Assembly: GCA_963824995.1 (NCBI GenBank)
Contig: CAWGRK010000002.1
Coordinates: 124,001 to 188,000, forward strand
Reading direction: 5' to 3'
Source of the DNA: an uncultured Actinomycetes bacterium
Lineage (GTDB): Bacteria > Actinomycetota > Acidimicrobiia > Spongiisociales > DATADW01
DNA: 64,000 bases
This document shows, piece by piece, positions 43,846 through 55,468 of the stretch. Position numbers and translations under genes: made by a program. Below the pieces are notes generated by a model. That model was not told the DNA's origin and did not search any database. It saw only the letters and a program-made list of their open reading frames with translations. Position 1 is the stretch's first letter. Each line of letters opens with the position of its first letter.

Positions 43846-45066
43846 ATGCGTCGAGTGGTGCTGGCGCTTGTGGTGGGTGTCCTCGTCGCCGCCCTGCCTG
43901 CGAGCGCCGCCCTCGCCGAGAGCCAGCCTTACGAGATGTACTTCCCGCTCGTCGGCGGTGGTGTCCCCAACGACGACTTCGGCGATCCGCGCGGCGACCA
44001 CACCCACGAGGGGAACGACATCCTGGCGCCAAAGATGACCGAGGTCGTGGCCGCCGCAACCGGGACCGTCGGGTGGGTCAGCGACGAATGCTGCGCCTTC
44101 CAACTGCTCCACGATGACGGCTGGTCGTCCTGGTACATCCACCTCAACAACGACACCGCCGGGCACCGACGATGGCCTCGGGTGGGGGATGGTCGATGGC
44201 ATCGTCCCAGGAGCCGAGGTCGAAGCCGGTCAGTTGGTGGGGTGGGTGGGGGACAGCGGCAACGCCGAGGACACCGACCCCCATCTCCACTTCGAACTGC
44301 ACCGTCCCAACGACAATGCGATCGACCCCCAGAAGCATCTCCTGGCGGCCACGGTGCTCGACGAGCCGATCGGCGGGAGCCCCAAGAAGGCACCTCCTGA
44401 GACCACTCCTCCGGTGGCCTTCCTCGACATCGCCGGTTCGGTGCACGCCGAAGCGATCAGGTGGTTGGCTGCACAGGGGATCACGAAGGGATGCACCGCC
44501 GACGGCACCACCTTCTGCCCCGGCTACCCGGTGAGCCGGGCGCAGATGGCTTCATTCCTGGTCAGAGCCATGGGGTACGACGATCCCGGCGCCGGCGACC
44601 TCTTCTGGGACGACGACGGCTCCACCCACGAGACGAGCATCGACCTGCTCGTCACTGCAGGTGTCACCGAAGGCTGCGACGAGACCGATCCGGGTCGCTT
44701 CTGCCCCGATGATCCGGTGACACGCGAGCAAATGGCGTCGTTCCTGGTCAGGGCTCTCGGCTATTCCGAAGACGGTCGTCGCGATCAGTTCATCGACGAC
44801 GACGGTTCCACCCACGAGAAGAGCATCGAGCTCATCGCCACTGCCGGCGTCACCACCGGGTGCAATCCCCCGGAGAACGACCGGTTCTGTCCTGCGGACC
44901 CGGTCACCAGAGGACAGATGGCCAGCTTCCTGTTCCGGGCTCTCGCCGACAGCGCCGAGATGCCGGCGGCGCCGCCGCCGATACCCCGAACCGCAGATCC
45001 CGTGGGAGGCGGAGGCCTAGGCAGCCTCGGTCCGGGCTCAGCTCACTGGGCGTTAGGTTGGATTGA
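43846..45066 (+). CDS. Secreted M23 peptidase with three SLH repeats (3' end approximate)
   Basis: Signal peptide; HEGNDI (HxxxD), YIHLN, VGDSGNA, PHLHFE (HxH); SLH FCPGYPVSRAQMA, FCPDDPVTREQMA, FCPADPVTRGQMA. Confidence 0.88.
45054..45059 (+). promoter_or_regulatory. Putative -10 box (TAGGTT) of a leaderless transcript
   Basis: TANNNT 6 nt upstream of ATG 45066; no SD sequence. Confidence 0.45.
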
Positions 45067-46163
45067 TGGGCCACGACTACGCCACCCGCACCAAACGGAT
45101 CCGGAGCCTCCTCGCCGAAGCTGGGATCGATGCCCTCGTTGCCTCGGTGGGCGCCGACCTCCCCTACCTGACCGGTTACGAGGCTCTGCCTCACCGAACG
45201 GCTCACCATGCTGGTGCTCCCGGTTGATGGTGATGCGGTGCTCGTGGTCCCGCGCCTGGAGGCGCCCCGGGTCGCTCCCCACCCGAGGTGTTCCGGATTC
45301 GGCCCGTGGGACGAGACCGATGAACCCATTGTCGATGGTGGTCGAACGAGCTCGATGGGACAGAGGTGGTCGCGGTTGGCGACCAGACGTGGGCGGTATT
45401 CCTGCTCGGGTTGCAGGATGCCCTTCCCGACACCAGGTTCACCCCGGCGGCTCCGATCACGCAGCAGCTTCGGATGCGGAAGGACGCCGAGGAGATCGGC
45501 CTGCTCAGGGCCGCTGCCGCCGCCACCGATCGTGTGGTCGATCGACTCGCCGCGACAAAGTTCTCGGGCAGGACCGAACGTCAACTCGCCGCGACGGTGG
45601 CCGAGTGGGCGCTGGAGGAGGGACACGATGTCGCCGGGTTAGCCATCGTCGGATCGGGTCCCAACGCGGCCTCGCCCCATCACTCGCCTTCCGATCGCGA
45701 CCATCGAACGAGGCGACACCGTGGTCGTCGATTTCGGAGGTCGGATCGGTGGCTACTGCTCCGACACCACCAGGACCTTTGTGGTGGGTGAGCCGTCTAC
45801 CGAGGTCGAGGACGCCTACCGGGTGCTGGAGGAGGCACAGCGAACCGGCGTGGAGGCGGTACGACCCGGCGTGCCCGCCGCCGAGATCGATGCGGCGACA
45901 GCGGGCTGTCATCGACAGCGCCGGGATGGGCGATCTTGTTCGTCCACCGCACCGGCCACGGGATCGGCCTCGAGGTCCACGAGCACCCCTATATCGTCGC
46001 CGGCAACGAGATGGCTCTCGAGCCGGGGATGACCTTCTCGGTCGAGCCGGGTCTGTATGCCGATGGACGCTGGGGAATGAGGATCGAGGACATCGTCACG
46101 GTCACCCCGAACGGCGTCGAACGGCTCAACCAATCCGACCGTCGCCTCTACGTGGTGGAGTGA
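45066..46163 (+). CDS. Xaa-Pro peptidase, M24B family
   Basis: DLPYLTGY, LRMRKDAEEI, GPNAASPHH, VVVDFGG...GYCSDTTRT, HRTGHGIGLEVHE, FSVEPGLY, RIED. Confidence 0.93.
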
Positions 46164-46170
46164 TTGCAAG

Positions 46171-46205
46171 AGCAGACGGCAGACGGCAGACGGCAGACGG
46201 CAGCG
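46171..46205 (+). repeat. GGCAGAC heptamer array (5 units) just after the stop codon
   Basis: agcagac ggcagac ggcagac ggcagac ggcagcg. Confidence 0.92.
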
Positions 46206-46212
46206 GAGCGAT

Positions 46213-46262
46213 CACCGTTGGGTTCGCCAGTTCCCTATGCGCTGCTCCGCAGCCGCTCCCTT
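46213..46262 (-). repeat. Degenerate partial copy 5 of the palindromic element
   Basis: caccgttgggttcgccagttccctatgcgctgctccgcagccgctccctt aligns with the reverse complement of copy 1. Confidence 0.65.
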
Positions 46263-46335
46263 ACGCTCCGAGGCACGGAGAAGAGAGGGAGCTTCCCCTC
46301 TCGGGGACGGATATGGATTTGCTTCCGTCTTCCGC

Positions 46336-47110
46336 CTAGAGCTCGAGAAACTTCCTCACCGAAGCGGCGAGACCGGGCGCGGTGGCGACGAAGCCGGTCA
46401 GTTTGGGGTTCTCACGGTTGAAGAGGGGTTCCTTGCCCTCAAGGGTGAGCAGCGATCCCGCCGCCGGCGAGGACGATGGCGGCTCCTGCGGCGACGTCCC
46501 ATTCGTGTTTGGGGACCAGCGTCCACGTGGCGTCGGCCAGACCAGCGCCGACGAGGCCGAGCTTGTAGGCGACCGATCCCATGTTCCGCACCGAGATGTC
46601 GGTGCCGAAGAACCGGTCCCACTCACCGCGCTTCACCTCGCTCCGACTGGCGAGCACCAGGGCGCCGCTCAGAGCGGACCTGTCGGTGCACGCCGCCGGC
46701 TCGCCGTTCAGAGTCACGCCATGGCCGGTGGCTCCCAGGATCAAGTGGTCCGGTCCTGGGCTGAGGATCCCGCCGGCCACTGGCACCCCATCCTCCACGA
46801 GCGCCACCGAGACACACCACTCCGGTATTCCTCTGACGAACTCGCGGGTGCCATCGAGCGGGTCGACCACCCAGACCCGACTGCAACCGAGCCGGGACGT
46901 GTCGTCGGCGGTCTCTTCGGACAGCCATCCTTCTCCAGGTTGAGGGAGGGCTTGGTGAAGCACCTCGTTGATGGCCAGGTCGGCCGCGGTAACCGGGTCG
47001 TCACCAGTCTTGGTCCTCGCCGCCACCTCCCCGGGGGTGAAGTCCTCCAAGACACCGGCGGCGAGCTTCAAGCCGTGCTCGATGCGGGACAGGTCGTCGG
47101 ATCTGTTCAT
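46336..47110 (-). CDS. cysQ: 3'(2'),5'-bisphosphate nucleotidase (inositol monophosphatase family)
   Basis: DPVTAAD, WLSEE, WVVDPLDGTREF, SRSE, GSVAYKL, EWDVAAG; operon with sat. Confidence 0.88.
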
Positions 47111-47128
47111 TGAGTGCTCTCCTGTTGT

Positions 47129-48899
47129 TCAGAATGGCCAAAACACCGGGACAAGGGCCACCAGCGTCACCACGACAAGAAGTGTGAGGGGTGCCCCGAG
47201 CCGCGGGTAGTCGGCGAACCTGTAGCCGCCCGGGCCGTAGACCATCGTGTTGGTCTGGTATCCGATCGGGGTGAGGAAGTCGACCGAACTGGCGACGGCG
47301 ATTGCGATGGCGAAACCCCGCGGCTCGAGGCCGGCGCCGGTGGCGGCTGCCACCGCGATCGGGAACATGAGCAAGGCGGCCGCGTTGTTCGAGACCAACG
47401 CGGTGAGTATCACTGTCGCCACCACCACTCCGGCGAGGATTCCCAGAGGTCCGAGGAAGTCGAAGGCCTCCACCATCCCGTCGGCCACGATCTGGGCGAG
47501 GCCGGATGTTTCGACCGCAGCCGCCACACCGAAGGCTGCGGCGATGACGAGGATCACATCGAGGTCCACCGCGTCACGAGCCTCGCCCGGGGTCACCGCG
47601 CCGAACAGGACGAGGGCGACCGCCCCGATGAGGCTCGCCTGCAGAATTGGAATGATCTCGAGGGATGCGGCGAGAACGATCGCCAGGGTTATCCCGCCGA
47701 CAACCATCGCCTTTGGCGGTGGGTACCGGCGGAGTGCCCCCGGTTGAGGACACCAACAGGAAGTCGCGCCGGTCGCGCCACCTGTCGCGGAAACCCGGGT
47801 CGGCTATGAGGAGGAGCGTGTCGCCGACGCGGAGCGGAACCGACCCCAGCTTGGCGTCGATCCGCTGGCCGGCGCGGTGGATGGCGACCACCGCCGCCTG
47901 GTATCGCTGTCGAAACCCGATCTCCTTGAGCGTGGTGCCCACCATGGGCGACGTGGCACCGATCACGGCCTCGAAGTAGCGCGCCTTGCTTGTGTCCAGT
48001 TCGACCAGGTGGGTCTCCTCGGCCGAGGACAGTCCTCGGATACCCTGCAGGTCGAGCACCTCGTCGGCCATCCCGACGAATCGCAGGACGTCACCACCGT
48101 GCAGGATGGTGTCGGGCGCGACCGGTGCGATCACCTCACCCTCGCGATCCAGGGCAGCGAGGAACACCCCCTTGAGATGGCGAAGACCGCCGGCTTCGAC
48201 CGCCTTTCCGTCGAGGGTGCCGGCCTCATTGACCACCATGTCGAGGACGAACCGCTTGGTGTCGTCTTCCGCCTCCTGTCTGACCGACCGGCGTACCCGC
48301 AGCAGCCGCGGGGCGAGCAGGACGAGCAGGACACCACCCACGATCGCTATCGGGAGCCCGACACGTGTGATCTCGAAGAACCCGATTGGGGGTTGACCGG
48401 CGTTCTCCAACAGCCCCGACACGACGATGTTGGTCGAGGTCCCGATAACCGTGACCACCCCACCTAGCAGAGCTGCAAAGGAGAGCGGCATCAGGTACGT
48501 GGAAGGTGACCGGCCCCGATCCTCGGCCCACTTCTCCACCTGCGGCAAGAGCATGGCGACGATCGGCGTGTTGTTGAGGAAGGAGGAGGCGGCCATGGTG
48601 GGGAAGACCAGCCTGGCAAGCGATCGACGGACACCGACCGTGGCGCCGAGTGTGAGGCGCACCACCGGAGTTAGTGCCCCGGTCTTCTCCACGGCGCGCG
48701 CCAAGACGAACAGGGCGGCGACCGTGATCGGCGCAGGGTTGGCAAAGCCGGCGAAGGCCTGCTCGGGAGTGACGATCCCGGCGACGAGTACCGCCACCAT
48801 CCCGCCGACCATCGCTGCCGCAGGAGCCACCACGTCGCGCACAAGGACGACGAGCACGATGACCACCACGGTCAGCGTGAACCAGGCCTCCCAGGTCAA
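47129..48899 (-). CDS. SLC13/DASS permease with two TrkA-C domains (putative sulfate transporter)
   Basis: AFAGFANPAPITVAALF, SSFLNNTPIVA, LMPLSFA..LGG..T.IGTSTN, SNNAAALLMFP, FLTPIGYQTNTMVYGPGGYRFADY. Confidence 0.9.
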
Positions 48900-48977
48900 C
48901 GCGAGCCTCCCGTGGCGCTCACCCGGCGGAGGGGACGGGGCTTCGATTGGGTCCTCGTCGGCAGGAGTCGCCGGTGC

Positions 48978-50713
48978 TCAGTCCGCCCCGCCGTTGGCGG
49001 CGAGGTAGCCGAGCCGCTCCAGATGGAGCATCACCTGGTTGGCGGCCTCCTCCGGGGAGAACTGAGTGGTGTCGATGACGACCTCGGCATCGGTCGGCTC
49101 CTCGTATGGATCGGAGATCCCGGTGAACTCCTTGAGGATCCCGGCACGCGCCTTGGCGTAGAGGCCCTTGCGGTCGCGGTCCTCGCAGATCTCGATCGGC
49201 GTGGCGACATGGACCAGGTTGAACCCGCCGGCCGGCTCGATCATGGCGCGGACGTCCTTGCGGGTCTGGTCGTACGGCGCGATCGGGGCACAGATGGCGA
49301 TGCCACCGTTCTTGGTGATCTCCGATGCGACGTATCCGATCCGCCGGATGTTGAGGTCGCGGTGCTCCTTGGAGAACCCGAGCTCGGAGCTGAGGTGCTT
49401 CCGCACCAGGTCGCCGTCGAGCAGGGTGACGGGGCGACCCCCGATCTGGAGCAGCTTGACCAGCAGAGCGTTGGCGATGGTCGACTTGCCCGAGCCCGAT
49501 AGCCCGGTGAAGAACACCGTGAACCCCTGCTGTGAGCGCGGTGGGTGGGTCTTGCGCAGCTCGCGGGCGACCTCGGGGTAGGTGAACCACTCCGGGATCT
49601 CCCGGCCTTCGGCCAGCCGCTGGCGAAGTTCGGTCCCCGAGATGGACAGGGTGTGGGCCCCCTCCGGAATCTCGTCCACCGGGATGTAACGGTCCTCGTC
49701 GGGGAGGTAGACCATCATCTTGAAATCCACCATGTGGACGCCGATTTCCTCTTCGTGCTTGCCAAGCAGATCCTGGGCGTCGTATGGGCCGTAGAAGGGC
49801 GTCCCCGAGGAGTCGCTACCCGGGCCGGCATGGTCGCGACCCACGATGAGGTGGGTGCACCCGTGGTTCTTGCGGATGATCGCGTGCCAGACGGCTTCGC
49901 GGGGTCCGCCCATCCGCATCGCCAGAGGCAAGAGCGAGAGGGTGGCGGTGAACTTCGGGTAGTGGGACAGGACAGCCTGGTAGGCGCGCACCCTGGTGTA
50001 GTGGTCGACGTCGCCCGGCTTGGTCATCCCCACCACCGGCTGGATGAGGAGGTTGGCCCCAACCTCGGCCGCGGCCCGCATGGTCAGCTCGACGTGGGCG
50101 CGGTGCATCGGGTTGCGGGTCTGGAAGGCGACCACTTCGGTCCACCCCAGACGGGCGAACTCGTCGCGTACCTGGGCCGGGGTGCGCCGGAGTTCGGTGT
50201 AGTCGTAATGGATGGGCATCTGGATGCCCTCGATGGCCCCGCCCGACGTACCACGGGTTGCTCCGGTTGAGCAGATGGCCGACTCCGGGGTGGGTGGGGT
50301 CGGTCGTGCCGAAGACACTGCTTGCCTCGGCCTCCCGGTCAGGCTGCCACAGGTCGCTCGACGGTGAGCACGGCAAGCATGACACCCTCGGGATCACGCA
50401 AAGCAAGGCGCGAACCGGTCTCGAGACCTTGGGCGACTTCGTCGGTGACGTCGAGGGTGATCGGTATCGGCCAGAGTGTTCCGTCGGCCAGCCTCATCTC
50501 GGCGCAGACCCGCTCGTAGTCGTCCCGGCCGAGGAAGCCGCGCAGCGGCGAGAAACCTCCGTTGAGCAGCAGTTCGAGATCGCACAACTGGCGCTCGGTC
50601 AGGTCCCACGATGGCCAATCGGCCGACTCGGTCTTGAGCTCGGCGGCTCGCTCCGGGTCGACGATGAGGTCGACGAGGGTCCCCCCGTGGGGCGTGATGA
50701 GGTGGTCAGCCAC
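48978..50713 (-). CDS. sat: Bifunctional sulfate adenylyltransferase / adenylylsulfate kinase (PAPS synthesis)
   Basis: [49 protein letters not shown]; kinase [30 protein letters not shown]. Confidence 0.95.
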
Positions 50714-50873
50714 GAAATCTGCTCCTAGCAATCGCGAAACGGGCCCGGGGGCGATCCAGACTCTCTTCGAGCCGGGACCGCGCCGCTCCGGGCGGGTACC
50801 AGAGTCTACCGACCGCAGTCGGCGCCCTGTGATGATGCAATCGGCGCCGTGATGTCGCGACTTGAATCACTGA

Positions 50874-51723
50874 ATGGAACCCCTGGTGCCCGTCGTGTTC
50901 GTCGCTACCGGCAGGTCCGGATCGACACTGCTCATGGAGTTGCTCGGCACGTCGCGTGATGTCCTCTTCGAGCGGGTCTACGCCTATGAGCGGGCCTACC
51001 TCACCTATCTGCTCCAGTGGGCCCGCCTCCCGATGGAGGGCGTAGCTTCGGCAGAGCGCTGGCACCGCGCCTCGATCGACCAGGTCCGTCACCTCTCCGC
51101 CGGCAAGCTCTTCGGCGGCATCCCGTGGCCGGACCGCCGGTTGCTCGGGATCGGCGAGCCTCCGCTATGGGTTCCGATCCTGCGGGCGAGTTGGCGTGTC
51201 TTCTCGGACCGGATGATGAGCTACGGCAGGAATCGATCCACCGCCCCGGTACTACGTCGAGACGGGACCCATCTGGGTTCCGAGGATGGCGCGGCGCGCC
51301 CTGCCGGTCCGCACCGGGTACCTGGTGCGCGACCCACGTGACCAGATGGTCTCGATCGCTGCCTTCGTCGGCCGCCGACATCCCAGCTTCGGGTTTCGCC
51401 CCGACGACACCCCGGAGACCTATGCCCCGCGCTTCGTCGAGCGGCAACGCCAACTGCTCCGGGCGGCGAGCAACCCCGGCCCGCGCACTCTCGTCATCCG
51501 ATACGAGGACCTCGCCCTCGACATCGCCGCCACCGCCGCCCGGCTCGGTTCCTGGCTCGACATCGAACTCGATCCGACCCGAGTGCCGGCACACCTCGAC
51601 CACCGGACCAGCCCCAATGCCATCTCGTCCGTAGGCCGCTGGCGCACAGAACTCGAACCCGAAGTTGCCCAGTTCATCGTCGAGCAACTGGGCGACGAGA
51701 TGAAGAAGCTGGGGTACGAGTAG
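50874..51723 (+). CDS. Sulfotransferase family protein
   Basis: VFVATGRSGSTLLM (5'-PSB), LVRDPRDQMVS (3'-PB), IRYEDL, SSVGRWR. Confidence 0.88.
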
Positions 51724-51730
51724 AGAAGGG

Positions 51731-51765
51731 CAAGGACGGCGGACGGCGGACGGCGGACGGCAGCC
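51731..51765 (+). repeat. GGCGGAC heptamer array ending in GGCAGCC, just after the stop codon
   Basis: caaggac ggcggac ggcggac ggcggac ggcagcc. Confidence 0.9.
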
Positions 51766-51850
51766 AGGGGAGGCGCCAGAAGAGGGTCCTCGAATCCAAG
51801 GTCGTGCGACCTCGGTAGCCTCGGAGGAGCAGCACAGCAGGGAGAGCGCA

Positions 51851-53681
51851 ATGCCGACCAAGGCGGAACTCGACGAGCTTGCCGCACAGCTCAGCGTCGA
51901 TGCGATCCGCGCCTCGACCCGGGCGGGATCGGGTCATCCCACATCGGCGTTGTCGGCGTCGCACCTGATGGCGGTCCTCTACGCCAACCATCTCCGCTGG
52001 GATCCAAAGGATCCAGCACCACCTCGGGGGCGACCGGGTCATCTTCTCCAAGGGTCACGCCACGCCCGCTGCTCTACGCGCTGCTCAAAGCGGTCGGGGC
52101 GATCACGGATGATCAACTTCTGACCTACCGCAAGTTCGGAAGCCCGCTCCAGGGGCACCCCATCCCGACCGAGGACATGCCATGGGTGGACGTCGGCACC
52201 GGTGCCCTCGGACAGGGCCTGCCAATCGGGTTCGGGATGGCGATGGGGATGCGGCTCCGTCAACTGCCGGGGCGGGTGTGGGTGCTCATGGGCGACTCCG
52301 AGATGGCCGAGGGGTCGGTATGGGAGGCGATGGAGAACTCCTCTCACCACGGGTTGCGCAACCTGGTGGGGATCCTCGACATGAACCGACTCGGCCAGCG
52401 GGGACCGACCATGTTGGAGTGGGACGGCGACACGTATGCCCGCCGCGCCGAGGCATTCGGGTGGGAGGCGATCCAGGTCGACGGGCACGACGTCGACGAC
52501 ATCGACGCTGCCTATGGGCGGGTGAACGAGACCGACCGACCGGTTCTGATCGTCGCCAAGACGATCAAGGGTCACGGAGTCTCCTTCCTCGCCGACAGGG
52601 ATGGCTGGCACGGGAAGGCTCTGTCCGAGGAAGAGGCGGCCACCGCAGTTGAAGAACTGGGCGGGGAGCGCTCGCTCACCATCAACGCCGGCACCACCCC
52701 AGCCCGTCCCCGACGATGGGGCTTCACCCGAGGAGTACACCAGGCCCACCTTCACCGAGCCACTGGCGACCCGAAGGGCGTTCGGCAAGGCGCTTGCCGC
52801 CCTGGCGCACTCCCGCTCCGATCTGGTCGTCATCGACGGTGAGGTTGCCAACTCGACCTATACCGAGTTCTTCCAAAAGGAGGCGCCGGACCGCTTCATC
52901 GAGGTCTTCATCGCCGAGCAACTCATGGTTGGAGCGGCGGTCGGACTCCAGGTCATCGGGCTCACCCCCGTTGCCGCCACGTTCGGGGCATTTCTCACCC
53001 GGGCCTACGACTTCATCCGGATGGCCGCCGTCTCCGGTGCCCACATGGTCCTCGCCGGGTCGCATGCCGGTGTGTCGATCGGGCAGGACGGCGCCTCGCA
53101 GATGGCGCTCGAGGACTTCTCGATGATGAGGTCGATACACGGATCGACGGTGCTCAGCCCGGCCGACGCCACGTCCACGGTCCGGCTGGTGGAGGCGGCC
53201 CTCGATTGGCCCGGGATCGCATTCATTCGGACCATCCGCGAGGACACTCCCGCCCTATACGGGCCCGAGGATGAGTTCCCCATCGGGGGCAGCAAGGTGA
53301 TCCGCCACGAGCGACGGACGACCGGGCGACCCTGGTGGCAACTGGAATCACGGTGTTCCAGGCGCTGGACGGCGGCCGATCAACTGGCCGAAGATGGGGT
53401 CTCCGTCGGCGTGCATCGACTGCTATTCGATCAAGCCGATCGACGGGGAGACGCTGCGGAGTGCGGCCATACCGCTCATCGTCGTCGAGGACCACTGGGC
53501 CGAGGGTGGGCTGGGTGACGCTGTGCTGGCCGCGCTCGCCGAGGACGAGCTCTCGGGAAGAGTCGTCCACCTCGCAGTGACCGAGATGCCCCGCTCCGGA
53601 GCTCCCGACGAGCTGCGCGACGCCGCCGGGATCTCCGCCACCGCCATCGTCACCGCGGTGCGGGAGGCGATCGGAGCCTGA
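51851..53681 (+). CDS. tkt: Transketolase
   Basis: GSGHPTS, IFSKGHA, LQGHP, TGALGQG, GDSEMAEGSVWEA...N (ThDP motif), IAEQ, FLTRAYD, GQDGASQ, VEDH. Confidence 0.93.
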
Positions 53682-53767
53682 CTTCCGCTCGGAGCTCGAC
53701 TTCGGAGCGACTGAGGGAGGGTCGATCGGCCAGCCCGGGGTTCGACTGCGTGCGGCAACCTGCTCCC

Positions 53768-53773
53768 TAGACT
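53768..53773 (+). promoter_or_regulatory. Putative -10 box (TAGACT) of a leaderless wzm transcript
   Basis: TANNNT 6 nt upstream of GTG 53780; no SD sequence. Confidence 0.5.
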
Positions 53774-53779
53774 CAGGTC

Positions 53780-54613
53780 GTGACTTCCAGCACTGTTACC
53801 GAACCAGCGCGCCTGCCCGAACCGGTCGGCTACCTGGGCGAGCTGTGGCGTCGTCGCGAGTTCGCCTGGTACCTGGCCATGGGCAAGCTGAGGGCCCGAA
53901 ACGCCTCAACAGCCCTGGGTTTGTTGTGGTGGGTGCTCAACCCGCTCTTGCTCGCCGGTGTCTACTTCTTCGCCTTCGGTGTGATCCTGGGCACCCAGCG
54001 GGGCGACCCGAACTACCTCGCCTACCTGGTCTCCGGCCTCTTCGTATTTCACTACACGACACAATCGATGACGGCAGGTGCGAACAGCATCTTGACCAGC
54101 GGAAAGTTGTTGGTGAACCTTCGGTTCCCCCGGATGATCCTCCCGATCTCGGCAATAATCGAGGCAGGGATCGGCTTCTTGGTGTCGTTGGTCGTCTTCT
54201 TTGCCCTGATCATCCCGCTCAGCGAAATCCGACCGTCGTGGAGCATTGCGTATATCGCACCGGCATTCGTGCTACAGACACTCTTCAACGTGGGGCTTGC
54301 CGCGTTGGTCGCACGGCTGGCCGTCCCCTTCCGGGACATTGGCAATCTGTTGCCTTTCCTGATCCGGTTGTGGCTCTACCTGTCGCCAGTCATCTGGCCA
54401 ATATCGATGATCGAGCGCGCCCCGGCATGGGCGCAGACGGTCATGAAGAGCAACCCGATGTACTGGATCCTCGAGATCTACCGTGGAGCCCTGCTCGCCC
54501 GCCCTATCAGCACCACAGCCTGGCTCCTGGCCGGAGCCTGGGCGGTGGTGGTCCTCCTGGTCGGCGTCACCGTGTTCGTGCGCCAGGAGGGAAGCATGGT
54601 GAGGTACTTGTGA
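53780..54613 (+). CDS. wzm: ABC-2 polysaccharide/teichoic acid export permease
   Basis: LWRRREF, LGLLWWVLNPL, FPRMILP, FRDIG, YLSPVIW, NPM; intact ORF. Confidence 0.9.
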   Translation: MTSSTVTEPARLPEPVGYLGELWRRREFAWYLAMGKLRARNASTALGLLWWVLNPLLLAGVYFFAFGVILGTQRGDPNYLAYLVSGLFVFHYTTQSMTAGANSILTSGKLLVNLRFPRMILPISAIIEAGIGFLVSLVVFFALIIPLSEIRPSWSIAYIAPAFVLQTLFNVGLAALVARLAVPFRDIGNLLPFLIRLWLYLSPVIWPISMIERAPAWAQTVMKSNPMYWILEIYRGALLARPISTTAWLLAGAWAVVVLLVGVTVFVRQEGSMVRYL

Positions 54614-55461
54614 CTGCAATGGACCAGCCTGTCAGGGAACCGGCGATCGTCATCGATGGCGTCACCGTCCGCTTTCGGCCCTACCTCGACCGTAGCCCCA
54701 CTTTTCGGCGCTCGATAGCCCGACTCGGGAGACGTCTCGCCGGCGAGGTCGTTGCGCTCGACGGTGTCTCGTTCGAAGTGATGCGGGGCGAGGTCTTCGG
54801 GGTGATCGGACGCAATGGAGCCGGGAAGAGCACGTTGATGCGGGTCCTCGCCCAGACGCTCAAGCCCAACGAGGGAACCGTCGATGTCCGAGGCCGCACC
54901 TCGACGTTGCTCCAGTTGGGGGTCGGCTTCAACCCCGAGTTGTCGGGGCGGCGGAACATCTACCTGGGTGGTCTGGCCGCCGGACTGCGCAAGGCAGAGA
55001 TCGACGAGAAGTTCGACGCAATTCTCGACTTCTCGGAGTTGGGGGACGCGCTCGACCGCCCGCTCAAGACCTACTCCACTGGGATGGCCTCACGGCTCGG
55101 ATTTTCGATTGCGATGAACCTCGAACCGGACATCCTCCTGCTCGACGAGGTGCTGGCTGTGGGCGACGAGTCGTTCAAGGACAAGAGCGTTCAGGCGATG
55201 CAGGGCCTGGTGGAGAACTCCGGAACAATCGTCTTCGTATCGCACAACTTGGCGACGGTTTCGAATTTCTGTGACCGCGTGCATGTGGCTTCATCACGGG
55301 AAGGATTCGCCGACTCGGACCGGCGAAGAAGGTGGTCCGCTCCTACCGGGAGTCGATCCGAGCCAGCCGGAACCAAGAGGCGAAAACTGCGGCCCCGCGG
55401 CGAGTCCGACATCTCCGATGCTTCGGTCGTCTCGATCGACGAGGAGCGCTCGGCTTCCTGA
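54610..55461 (+). CDS. wzt: ABC polysaccharide/teichoic acid export ATP-binding protein
   Basis: ALDGVSF, GRNGAGKST, GFNPELSGRRN, YSTGMASRLGF, LLDEVLAVGD, VSH. Confidence 0.92.
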   Translation: MTAMDQPVREPAIVIDGVTVRFRPYLDRSPTFRRSIARLGRRLAGEVVALDGVSFEVMRGEVFGVIGRNGAGKSTLMRVLAQTLKPNEGTVDVRGRTSTLLQLGVGFNPELSGRRNIYLGGLAAGLRKAEIDEKFDAILDFSELGDALDRPLKTYSTGMASRLGFSIAMNLEPDILLLDEVLAVGDESFKDKSVQAMQGLVENSGTIVFVSHNLATVSNFCDRVHVASSREGFADSDRRRRWSAPTGSRSEPAGTKRRKLRPRGESDISDASVVSIDEERSAS

Positions 55462-55468
55462 GCAGGGC

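Noticed and set aside
44114..46339. 741-aa ORF joining M23-SLH with downstream sequence
   Set aside because: The part after about 45060 is an off-frame reading of the Xaa-Pro peptidase gene.
53845..55461. 538-aa extended Wzt
   Set aside because: The N-terminal part is an alternative frame of wzm; the real start is GTG 54610 overlapping the wzm stop.
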